From Eledone cirrhosa (Eukaryota), in the NCBI GenBank assembly GCA_964016885.1, contig OZ024743.1, forward strand, positions 31,062,001 through 31,126,000: a stretch of DNA of 64,000 bases. The letters are read 5' to 3'. The number at the start of each line of letters is the position of its first letter. The stretch's first letter is position 1. A model generated the notes under the pieces. That model was not told where the DNA came from and did no database searches. It was given only the letters and a program-made list of their open reading frames with translations. Positions 54,010 to 64,000 of this stretch are shown here, piece after piece. The position numbers were made by a program, and so were the translations under genes.

Positions 54010-54222
54010 AATTTAATAGCACCACCTGGCGAAGTCTTACAAATCAGTGTTTGAGCATCATGGCCCACTCGAGCAGAGAGTTATTGTTTACGGAGGCATA
54101 TCCGGGTGTAGGAGGCTTATCCGGGATTTCTTGAAGGAATTTATCCGAAGACTTCTTGAACTTGACGGGGTCTGTCTCTGCTTTGATGTGATTTGGTGAA
54201 ATGTTAAAGAGTGCAGGGCCAA
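54010..54222 (-). pseudogene. CR1/L2-like LINE ORF2 C-terminus and 3' end
   Basis: GPALFNISPNHIK..FKKSSDKFLQEIPDKP..PGY..NNSLLEW. Confidence 0.7.
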
Positions 54223-54310
54223 TATATATATACACACACACAGATGTATATAAATACACACACACATATATATTCATATATATATATATGTGTGTGTATA
54301 TATATATAAA

Positions 54311-54379
<69 letters not shown>

Positions 54380-54467
54380 AGTGAGTATACATATATAATT
54401 TCAGATAAATCAAATTTCGGCCGTCGTAGAAAACAAAGCGAAACGCAATTACACACACATATATATT

Positions 54468-54539
<72 letters not shown>

Positions 54540-54541
<2 letters not shown>

Positions 54542-54768
54542 AGTAAGTATGTTCTGAAACAGTGAGCAGGTTTGAAATTAGAAAATAGAATAGCTTTCAC
54601 CATATTTTTTACTAAAGGAATTTTACCCTGATAATGGGTTTAGAACCCTCAGATAAATGGAGAAAGATGAGTATTGACTCCCATGTACGTCAATACTCAT
54701 CTTTTTCCATTTATCTGACGGTTCTAAACCTCATTATCAGGCTAAAGTTCTTTTAGTAAAAAATACGA

Positions 54769-54770
<2 letters not shown>
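54540..54770. repeat. Fold-back fragment (arms about 77 bp, 54603-54679 and 54689-54766); single-arm relative at 58275-58406
   Basis: GATAAATGGAGAAAGATGAGTATTGAC / GTCAATACTCATCTTTTTCCATTTATC; TA flanks. Confidence 0.8.
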
Positions 54771-54821
<51 letters not shown>

Positions 54822-54825
<4 letters not shown>

Positions 54826-54925
54826 AAAAAGGGATGAAATCGAAAATGCAACTGAAGTCTTATTTTTTTTTTAAATATATATATTTATTTGGTTCCTTTA
54901 CCGGTTTCGCAGTTCTTCTGCTTTT
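54822..54925 (-). repeat. Third, truncated copy of the TTGAAAA-HHR pLTR family
   Basis: GGTTCCTTTACCGGTTTCGCAGTTCTTCTGCTTTT. Confidence 0.8.
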
Positions 54926-54934
54926 CCATTTATC

Positions 54935-55263
54935 AAGTCGTCCCAGGTTTTTCTGGGTCTTCCTACTCCATGGCTACCGTCTATTTTTATTGCCCTGCAC
55001 TTTTTTATACAGCTGTCGTCTTTCATGCGCATCATGTGACCATACCAACGTAGCCTTCTCTCGAGTAAACAACATCTGATCCCTCCTATTTCTAATTTTT
55101 TCCCTTAGTTCGTTAATGCTTTTCACATATATTACTATTATACATCCAGCGGAGCATGCAAGCTTCGTACCTCTCTAGTCTGCGTATATCCTCCGCACAC
55201 AATGCCCAGGTCTCACTGCCATGTAACATTGCTGTTCGTATGCAGGCATCATACAGCCTGCCT
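54935..55263 (-). pseudogene. RTE-like LINE C-terminal fragment
   Basis: LYDACIRTAMLHGSETWAL...RRLRWYGHMMRMKDD. Confidence 0.8.
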
Positions 55264-55427
55264 TATATGTATATATATATATATATATGTGTGTGTATAT
55301 TTAATATAGAAATGACTTCTACAGGATTATTTCTTTCGAATGAAATAGTTCTAGTCCTGTCTATATTAAATCTTATCTATGTATTGAGTACCTTACTAAC
55401 TGTGGTTACCCCCGATTGAACCCAGGA

Positions 55428-55482
<55 letters not shown>

Positions 55483-55483
<1 letters not shown>

Positions 55484-55629
55484 ATTGTTTCTACTGTTGG
55501 CACAAGGCCAGCAATAACCCAGTGTATTAATGGTACTATATTTTATCGACCCCGTAGGGATGAAAGGCAAAGTTAACCTCGGCGGGATTTGAACTCAGAA
55601 TGGCAAGGGCCGTAACTCAATGCATCAAA

Positions 55630-55633
<4 letters not shown>
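55483..55633 (-). mobile_element. SINE family A, 5' end missing
   Basis: Match to family. Confidence 0.8.
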
Positions 55634-55677
<44 letters not shown>

Positions 55678-56554
55678 TAAAATAACAGATTAAAGTTTAA
55701 GCAAAGAATCGCTGCTTTCACCCTTAACGGGATCTTCTGAAACTAACAAAGTCAATCTGTAAACGCAGAACTGGATATTTCAAAAAACGTTGCAACCGGA
55801 CGAAGACAGGAAGACTATACTTTGGTTCGTGGTAACGTTCGCTGGCAAAGAACGGGAAAAAACGAATAATACGCCATTAATAGGAGCAATGAAAAACAAT
55901 TACGCGCAAAGACAGAACCACGTTTATGGTATAAAAGAGGTCGTAGACTAATGTTCTCTTAGGTGGTGCATAGAGACGTTCTCTGGCAATGAACGAAAAA
56001 ACGAAGATAATAAGTCATATATATATATATATATACATATATGTATGTATGCATATATATATATATATATATGAAAAAGTTTGTCCTCATCAGTGGCCAT
56101 CCAACCGTCGTAGGCATTTCGTCGCATTAAAGGCCATATACCTCAGGTTGGTGGGAGCAACGGCTAAAAAAAGTCGTTGGGACACGTAAATAAAGGGGAC
56201 GTTAGGGTAAACAAACAAAATGGTTTAAGCAGCAGAAAGAGAGGAAGAAGGAAACAAGTCCCAGATTTCTATGAATATAAATTCGGTGGAATCGTGAACG
56301 AGAGAATAAAGACCATCAAACCTGGTTGAAATGTGAGCAAGGAAGGAATTTCGCACAGGTCTAACGGGAGGAAGAAGGGGTCTTGTCTGCGAATTCGGTA
56401 AACATAAGTTCTGTGAAGTCGCAGACGAGAGAGAGAGAGAAGAAAAATTCATACCGGCTTGGCCAAGTGCCCGCGAGAAAAGGATTGTGGACAGGTCAAA
56501 TGGGAAGAAAGGGGAGGAGGAGAGGTAGTGACAGAGACAGAATGCAATAACTAT

Positions 56555-56738
56555 AATTGTTTCTACTTTTGGCACAAGGCCAGCAATTACCCAGTACATT
56601 ACTGGTACTTTATTTTATCGACCGCGTAAGGATGAAAGGCAAAGTTAACCTCGGCGGGATTTGAACTCAGAATGGCAAGGGCAGTAACTCTATGCGTCAA
56701 AGTATGGCGTCCAACACTCTACCGATACTGCCAATTCC
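56555..56738 (-). mobile_element. SINE family A, full length with 16-bp TSD
   Basis: ATGCAATAACTATAAT at 56542-56557 and 56740-56755. Confidence 0.88.
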
Positions 56739-57513
56739 TATGCAATAACTATAATGTGATGATTAGTCTTAGTAAGACAGAGAAATGTCCATTTCTGCCT
56801 CACAGCGCAATTAGGTTTTCACTATAATTTTCTTCATATTTGCTAACTACGTTGTCTATCCTTTGAGAGTTGCCAATGTTTGCGGCTAAAGTTTTGAATT
56901 GATTTTCTGAAGGTAGTATTTATAGGGGATATTCTGTGTGTCACATAGTTTAAAATAGGCGTTACTTGTAGGTTGCATTTAAATAATTAAGCGATCAACA
57001 CACTTTTAATTCAGACTGTTTGTTTCAGTTCCAGGTTGTACTTGATATAATTAGTCTTTCATAATTAATTTTTCTTTCAGACGGAATATCAAAATTATGT
57101 TTTTTATGATTATCGAACGACAATATATTCATCTTATATCCTTCAATTTAGCACTAATATATTACCTGTTATATTACACATACACACATACATACACAAT
57201 ACACACACACACATATATACACATGCACGCCCACACACTAACACATGCACATATGCCAAAGAATGTGTCCTGCATGATTGCAATGTTTGCAAAGTTATAT
57301 TCTACTTCAAATTATTTAATATGTTATATTCTGGTTAGCTGTGAATATTTGAATGTACCACTCGCAGAGGATTCTTCTGTAGTACTTGTATAGTAAGAAT
57401 GCTCTATCTTAGATTATAATCGGAGTTTAGTCATCACTGTTAGTAAGTGCATCAAATATAATCACAATTTAGAAGATGCATATGTGACATGAAAGTTATT
57501 TAGAAGTAATAAT

Positions 57514-57696
57514 AATTGTTTCTACTTTTGGCACAAGACCAGCAATTATCCAGTACATTACCGGTATGTTATTTTATCGACCCCGTAACGATGAAGGGCA
57601 AAGTTGATCTCGGAGGGATTTGAACTCAGAATAGAAAGAGCCGTAACTCTATGCGTCAAAGCTAGACGTCCGACCCTCTACCGATACTGCCAATCC
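57514..57696 (-). mobile_element. SINE family A
   Basis: Match to family. Confidence 0.82.
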
Positions 57697-58194
57697 GTAC
57701 CCAGTGCATTACTGGTAAATGATACTAGAGATAATGTTATAGAGCGAATTTTGTGTCATTTTTCTAAAGACAGCTTTGATTATGATTGGGAAATAAATTG
57801 TTTTAAACAAATAAAGAAATATAAGCATCAAGTGTGAGATACACTACACTGCAAACGTTAGATATTTTTTTCTTTATTTGCGTATAATAGATATTACTAT
57901 CCTATTTATAAAAAAATGTGTTTAATGATTTAATATTCATAGAAAATATCATAACAAAAGAATAGATGTTTTTCCGATTGTAACCATAACATAAGAAGCA
58001 CTTAACAAAGGAATAAGTAGATATCCTTGTTATAATTTCAAATATGAATGTATATACGATATATTATTCACTTATATTTGATATACTTCTCTATAGGTAT
58101 TTTTATAGATCGAATTCACTACAGAATTATTTTAAGGTGAGTAATAAATTACACACAGAGGGATACACACACAGACACACACACCCACATATAT

Positions 58195-58239
<45 letters not shown>

Positions 58240-58414
58240 TATATATATATATATATATATATTGACAGGTAATTAGGTTTTCAAACAGCGAGCGAGTTTG
58301 AAATTAGAAATAGAGGCTTTCACGGTATTTTGATTAAAGACATTTTAGCCTGGTTAGTGAGGTTTAAAACCCTCAAAGAAATGGAAAAAGATGAGTATTG
58401 ACGTACATTGTGTT

Positions 58415-58428
58415 AGTAGTAATAGTAA

Positions 58429-58467
<39 letters not shown>

Positions 58468-58525
58468 CGGTGGATGTTAGTAGTAGTAGTGGTGGTGGTG
58501 GTTGTGTTTGTTGTGTGGTAGTAGT

Positions 58526-58577
<52 letters not shown>

Positions 58578-58587
58578 GTAATAATAA

Positions 58588-58648
<61 letters not shown>
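58415..58648. repeat. Compound (GTA)n/(TTA)n microsatellite
   Basis: Directly visible. Confidence 0.95.
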
Positions 58649-58649
<1 letters not shown>

Positions 58650-59142
58650 TATTTAATTACCTATCACTTTTATGAGCACAACTGTATTTCATCTATGTCT
58701 TTCACTAAACATTGACTTGATTTTGATATACCTTTATTATGTTATGTTAATTTGAAATTTATATCGTTATATTCGAGGTGACGCCATCTTTACCTGCTAT
58801 AGTTTTCTTATTCAAATACGTTAAGTAGTTAGAGAATAACTTACTCGTAATTTTGGTTATAATATATTTGTTGCTTCAGCAAAATCAATGACGTGTGTGT
58901 AAAGCAGGCGCAAAGATGTTTCATATACGATATCGTTGGCGTCTGGTGAACGAGAGTGAAGACAAAAAATGTGGCTTTACTACTTAAATATCGACATTAT
59001 TAACGTGTAAATAAAACCCAACATACAAGAATTGTATGTAGGATGTAACGATCTGACAATAAATATGTCACAGAATTGCGAGAGTATTCATGGATACTTC
59101 TTAATTTTATAATTAAGGTTTAACAATATATATATGGTTGTG

Positions 59143-59193
<51 letters not shown>

Positions 59194-59199
59194 GTGTGT

Positions 59200-59415
59200 G
59201 AGTGCGTGTGTTGGACTTACGATCATGATGTCGTGGGTTCGATTCGTGGGTTGCGTGTTGTGTTCTTGAGCAAAACACATCATTTGTCGTTGCCCCAGTA
59301 TATTCAGCTGAAATGAGTACCAGCAATTGCTGGGGGTTTAACACTGCGATGGACTAGCGTCCTGTCCAGTAATGTGGGGGGGGGGGATGTACTCTCACGA
59401 AACAGGTATAAGCAC
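59200..59415 (+). mobile_element. Second tRNA-derived SINE family (CORE-like)
   Basis: B-box GGTTCGATTC, then TGTGTTCTTGAGCAAAACAC, CAGCTGAAATGAGTACC, CTGCGATGGACTAGCGTCCTGTCCAG. Confidence 0.6.
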
Positions 59416-59427
59416 CTGACAAATGAT

Positions 59428-59484
<57 letters not shown>

Positions 59485-60240
59485 TTATGTATGTATGTGA
59501 CTGAGTGGGGGATTTCTCTGTACGCACTTGTGTTTTGGTGTGTTAAGTAAAATAATTCTTACAAATACTGGTATATAAGTATATAATTTCATTATTTTAA
59601 TTCCATTAGACTCGGATACGATAGCGTCATGAGGGATAACCTAATGAGGATACTCGCAAGCATCCAACATAAATACAAGCTTTATCAAAAAACGGGTGAA
59701 TTTAATGAGTGGTCAAATTCTATTTAACTATAAAAGCCTTCCGTGAAGCGGAAAGGAGCTTACGCTTCGACCATTAGTTGCGACCAGAAGGTAGGGTCGA
59801 CAAGGAAATTTCTCCTGGAAACATAATTGCTTTGATATAATCATCTGAACAGCTTCAGGTCTGTCAATTTCTTTCCTTAATAAAAATGCAAAAGCCTATC
59901 TTTAACCAGATATATTATATACTATATATTTAATACATTGTTTCACTGAAGACTATTGAATATGTTATATTCAAACAGTAAAGTAAATGTATCTCCAGCA
60001 TTATTCATCCGCGTAACGTTAAAGGGAACGTGTATATAGGAAATAACACGGAAATGTTTAACATTGATTTCGAACGTTGGATAGGATGTTTCGCTGTATT
60101 CGTTTCGGCAGTATTTTCCCAGAGTTAAAAATCAAGCTGCTGAGGTCAACAATGCCTGTATTACCTATTCTAGAGTAGGTTTTGAAACGTTAGGTATCTC
60201 GTCGCCGTCGTCGTCGTCGTTATGGTTGTTGTTGTAGTGG

Positions 60241-60278
<38 letters not shown>

Positions 60279-60832
60279 CTTCTTCTTCTTCTTCTTCTTT
60301 GACCACTTATTCCTGAGAATGTTGTGGGGGCAGTGAGACCTGTCAGAGGGATCGTTTCCAACAGATACGGCTGGACCCCTAAGTGTGATCAGCCGAGCTC
60401 ATGTATCGTATCCAGCCATCTTGCTTACAATATAGTATACTAGCAGGTATAATAGACACACACGCACAAACAAACAGAAGAATAACTATATGTATCATAT
60501 ATACAGAGAGAGATTTAAGTGTGACGGATGAATATCACGTGTATTTAAGTCTGTGTTACTTCGTCTATAAGTTGAATTAGACAAACACACACACATATAT
60601 ATTTTTTTCGCTTGTGCTGCACTTAAAATTCGTGCATTTTTATCAAAAGCTTGAAAAATGTCAATATCTTATTTTGACGTCACCGCATTAAACTATCTTT
60701 CACACATACTCTCTCGATGTAACTAACACGTTGACAGACCTTCGCTTAAAATAATTTGTTTGTATCTGTAGTCTTCATTTTCATTCTGACGTCATAAACG
60801 ATCCAACTATCTTTCACACCGACACTATTTCT

Positions 60833-61255
60833 CACAGTACGAAACAGAGATCTGTCAGCTAACTCCATTTGTTTGCTGAAAAAAGAAGTAAGTGACATAG
60901 TCACTACTTTAAAACAATAGCGTAAGGTCTTCAAAATGCGTTTAATTGAGAATACAGTGTATTGAAAAATACTCTATATATACATTCATATATGTATCGC
61001 TATTTCAGAGCACCAATTCTAATTTTCAATTTTAGCTGGACCAGCAACCGCTCTGTATAATCAGTTTCTGATTGTTACTGGAATTATATAAGAATCTAAC
61101 ATTCATAATTTTCAGCAGGCAAAATGAGTGCTAAGCTCTGAGGAGTACCGACCAGTACGAAACAGAGATCTGCCAGCTCTTCTCTCTTTGTTTGCTGAAA
61201 AATGAAGTAAGTGACATAGTCACTACTTTAAAACAATAGCGTAAGGTCTTCAAAC
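60833..61255 (+). repeat. Partial tandem HHR repeat (period about 320 bp): 60833-60934 repeated at 61153-61255
   Basis: CAGTACGAAACAGAGATCTG.CAGCT...GTAAGGTCTTCAAA occurs twice. Confidence 0.85.
61134..61178 (+). ncRNA. Compact type I hammerhead; cleavage triplet mutated to GCC here, intact GTC in the upstream half-copy
   Basis: AGCT CTGAGGA GTAC CGACCA GTAC GAAA CAGA GA TCTG CC AGCT. Confidence 0.8.
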
Positions 61256-62743
61256 CATACAACACATTTTTTAAATATATTCCCTTATTTTGAGTTCTTT
61301 GTTTTTATCTTTAAATCTAAAAACTGCACAGATTTTAATTTTCTTTTGTTTATTCTTTATATAAGCGGTTTTACTATGTATTTTGTTTTATTTGCCTTCC
61401 CTATTATATTAGTCAACTATTTCTTGTACCGGCTCAGTATAAATACGCCCCTTGGAAACATCTCTCCATTTATAATGTTCTTTCTTCGTTAACATTATCG
61501 GTCAGGTTTCTATTTTATCCACACAGTTCTGTGTCTAAATACATCCAACTATCATATCCGACCCTAGGGCTACTTCCCTACTCACCACCATAGGCCACTA
61601 ATATCATTGACTGACTTGTCATTTCATCAGTCAGATGTTTTTAGACCTGTAGTAAATCCACATCAAACTAGTTAATATACACACTTTTCTCTACTAATTC
61701 AAACAATAAGTATGTTAGTCAAATAACACCTGTTTCGAGTATCTCAGATTTTGTTGTTTTTTCTTTGTCTTCTATTAATCGAGAAGGTTTATTAGTAATG
61801 TGAGATTATTCATTTAGGCTCCGGCATAACTTAATCAATAGATAACTGTCCTGACCTTTTAAAGTTCTAATAATTTATTTAAAGTACTACATGACTGTTG
61901 ATTCTAATAATCATTCAAGTAATTATTTTAATTCATTTTCACTGTCTTTAGAGAGCTGTTCATGCATTTTTATGTGTAAACCAAAATTATTATTTTTAAA
62001 TTTTATTTATATTAATGTCCTTAAATGGCACTAACACAATCAACGGTGCTGTCTAATTACTTCCTATAAATAAACTATTAAATTCATTAAATTGCACCGA
62101 CTGAATTATTCAAACGACACCAGAAAATAATGGTATTTGTAAAATTTCTGTTTCATACACATGTTTTAATGTATTTCTATTATTATGTTATTTAAATTTA
62201 CTTTTAACACATTTATCCAACTAAACCTTCAACCCAGTTACACTTTTTTAGCTTATATTCATAAATCTGATTTTAATTTAGTTTTATAATTTCAAAATAT
62301 GAAGGGAAATAAAATCAGAAGAAAAACTGCAGAATGTTTTTCTTTTATTCAGATGAGAAATTACAGCATTTTCGGTGAATTTATATTGGTCTCCTAAATA
62401 GCTCTTCCAAATAACGCTTCCAAATCTAAACACGCGCGCACACAGACACACACACACACACAGAGACACACACACCCACACACGCACACACATACATCCA
62501 CACAAACACACACAATCCTAATCATAAACGCACACAATCGCACATGCACAGGCATATGCACAGCATACACACAACGCACACACGTTTTTATATTTATCCC
62601 ACATAGGAAATTCATGTGTATAAAGGTTCGCTGTGACATTATTTTCTCCAGTAGCAACTCATTGCGTGCATACATATAACATTCTACTCCAGGTAGAATA
62701 CCTTCTCAATATATTATCAATACTAAAATATGATTTGAATAGT

Positions 62744-62950
62744 CTTCTTCTTCTTCTTCTTCTTCTTCTTCTTCTTCTTCTTCTTCTTCTTCTTCTTCTT
62801 CTTCTTCTTCTTCTTCTTCTTCGTTTCCCACCCGAACTGGCTGGATCCCCAAGCATGACTAGACAAATTTATGTACCTTTTCCAGCCATCTTGTTCGTGG
62901 TCTACATTTTGGTCTCCTGCCGGTTGGTTGTTCAACGATTATTTCCTAAG
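62744..62950 (-). mobile_element. Probable LINE 3' end with (GAA)n tail
   Basis: GC-richer segment (QDGWKRYI) abutting a (TTC)n tract; same layout as 42611-42995. Confidence 0.35.
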
Positions 62951-63118
62951 AACTTATGACCACATTCTCGTAGTATGGATTGAAACTAAGGAAGCAACTA
63001 TATGTTATTAGAACAACATTAGTATTATTTTGCGTAACTTATATTGTATTTGAAACTTAATCATAGGTTAATTGATACAGCCGCAGAATTTGCAAGGTCC
63101 ATTTTACTGATGTAAAAT

Positions 63119-63302
63119 AATTGTTTCTACATTTGGCACAAGACCAGCAATTACCCAATGGATTGCTGGTACTTTATTTTATTGACCCAGTAAGGATGAA
63201 AGGCAAAGTTAATCTCGGCGGGATTTGAACTCATAATGGAAAGGGACGTAATTCTATGCGTCAAAGCACGGCGTCTGCCCCTCTACCGATGCTACTAATC
63301 CA
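63119..63302 (-). mobile_element. SINE family A
   Basis: Match to family. Confidence 0.82.
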
Positions 63303-64000
63303 TTAAAACAATGAAGATTAAAATGACGATCCGAATGTTACTGTAGTCAGAGACAACTTAAACGAATCAAATGATTAATTTAATCCAAATGTTTGCAACA
63401 TAGTAATCGCGGCTCAAATATGGCATTGCAGAAGAGGATATATTAAAATGTGTCATATACTAAATAGGGGAACAGGTAATAGAAATAGACAGTTCCAAAG
63501 GATTCAGGAGTGTTTCTCTCTCCAAACTTTCATACTCGGAGGAGCTAATTTCGCACAAGGAGCCATGCACAAGGAACCAGAACAGTTGATTATGCATCAA
63601 CATTGTAAAGCGTACGCAACCAGGTGTACATTTAGAAAAACATATATTCAGTCATCTTGAGAATATAATGTATCAATAACTAAACAGGATAGAATGACAT
63701 CAATATATATTGATACACGTTATGTAATACGAATAGTAAAAACAGGTAAAATTGTTTTTAGCATGCTGCGATCATTCTCGTAGTTTCAGATATCCTATCC
63801 GGTACCGTACGGTATATATCACACAACCTCAATTCAAGCAGCTGGGATAATGAAAACGAACAGCAGCAGGTTATTCCCATTTAATGACGTTATTGCAAAC
63901 GTGTGACGTGTTCATAACCAAACCATTGGACCAACTTTACCTGTCCGTCACGTTACGCTACACTGCATGAAACATCTATTTGATAATGACTCTTTGATGA

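Noticed and set aside
56085-56155. Two adjacent HHR-like cores on the minus strand (CTGAGGT..GAAA and CTGATGA-GGAC)
   Set aside because: First has a mutated core and displaced stem I; second is cut off by a TA tract

Overview
Eukaryotic, AT-rich, microsatellite-laden repeat landscape with no host exon I could recognise. The SINE and repeat content resembles an octopod/cephalopod genome, but that is inference only. The window is dominated by Penelope-like retroelements (PLEs; RT plus C-terminal GIY-YIG). One is near-intact (1125-5055, a single frameshift in a homopolymer). The others are a decayed relative (38082-41815), a Naiad-like relic (17533-20675), a Neptune-like relic (20930-24518) and many 3'-end/pLTR fragments. 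Most are bounded by (TA)n tracts and many carry an inverted pLTR at the 5' truncation. Reading both strands by eye gives about 20 complete or partial type I hammerhead ribozyme (HHR) motifs from roughly ten sequence families. The most unusual signals are: (i) four unrelated HHRs whose stem II is expanded to about 80-100 nt and looks branched; (ii) a 523-bp tandem repeat with one HHR per unit (retrozyme-like, possible circular RNA); (iii) small fold-back elements built only from ribozyme-bearing pLTR ends. Also present are 12 copies of one tRNA-type SINE and RTE, CR1/L2-like and CRE-like LINE fragments. All RNA structures were paired by hand, not computed, and boundaries are approximate.
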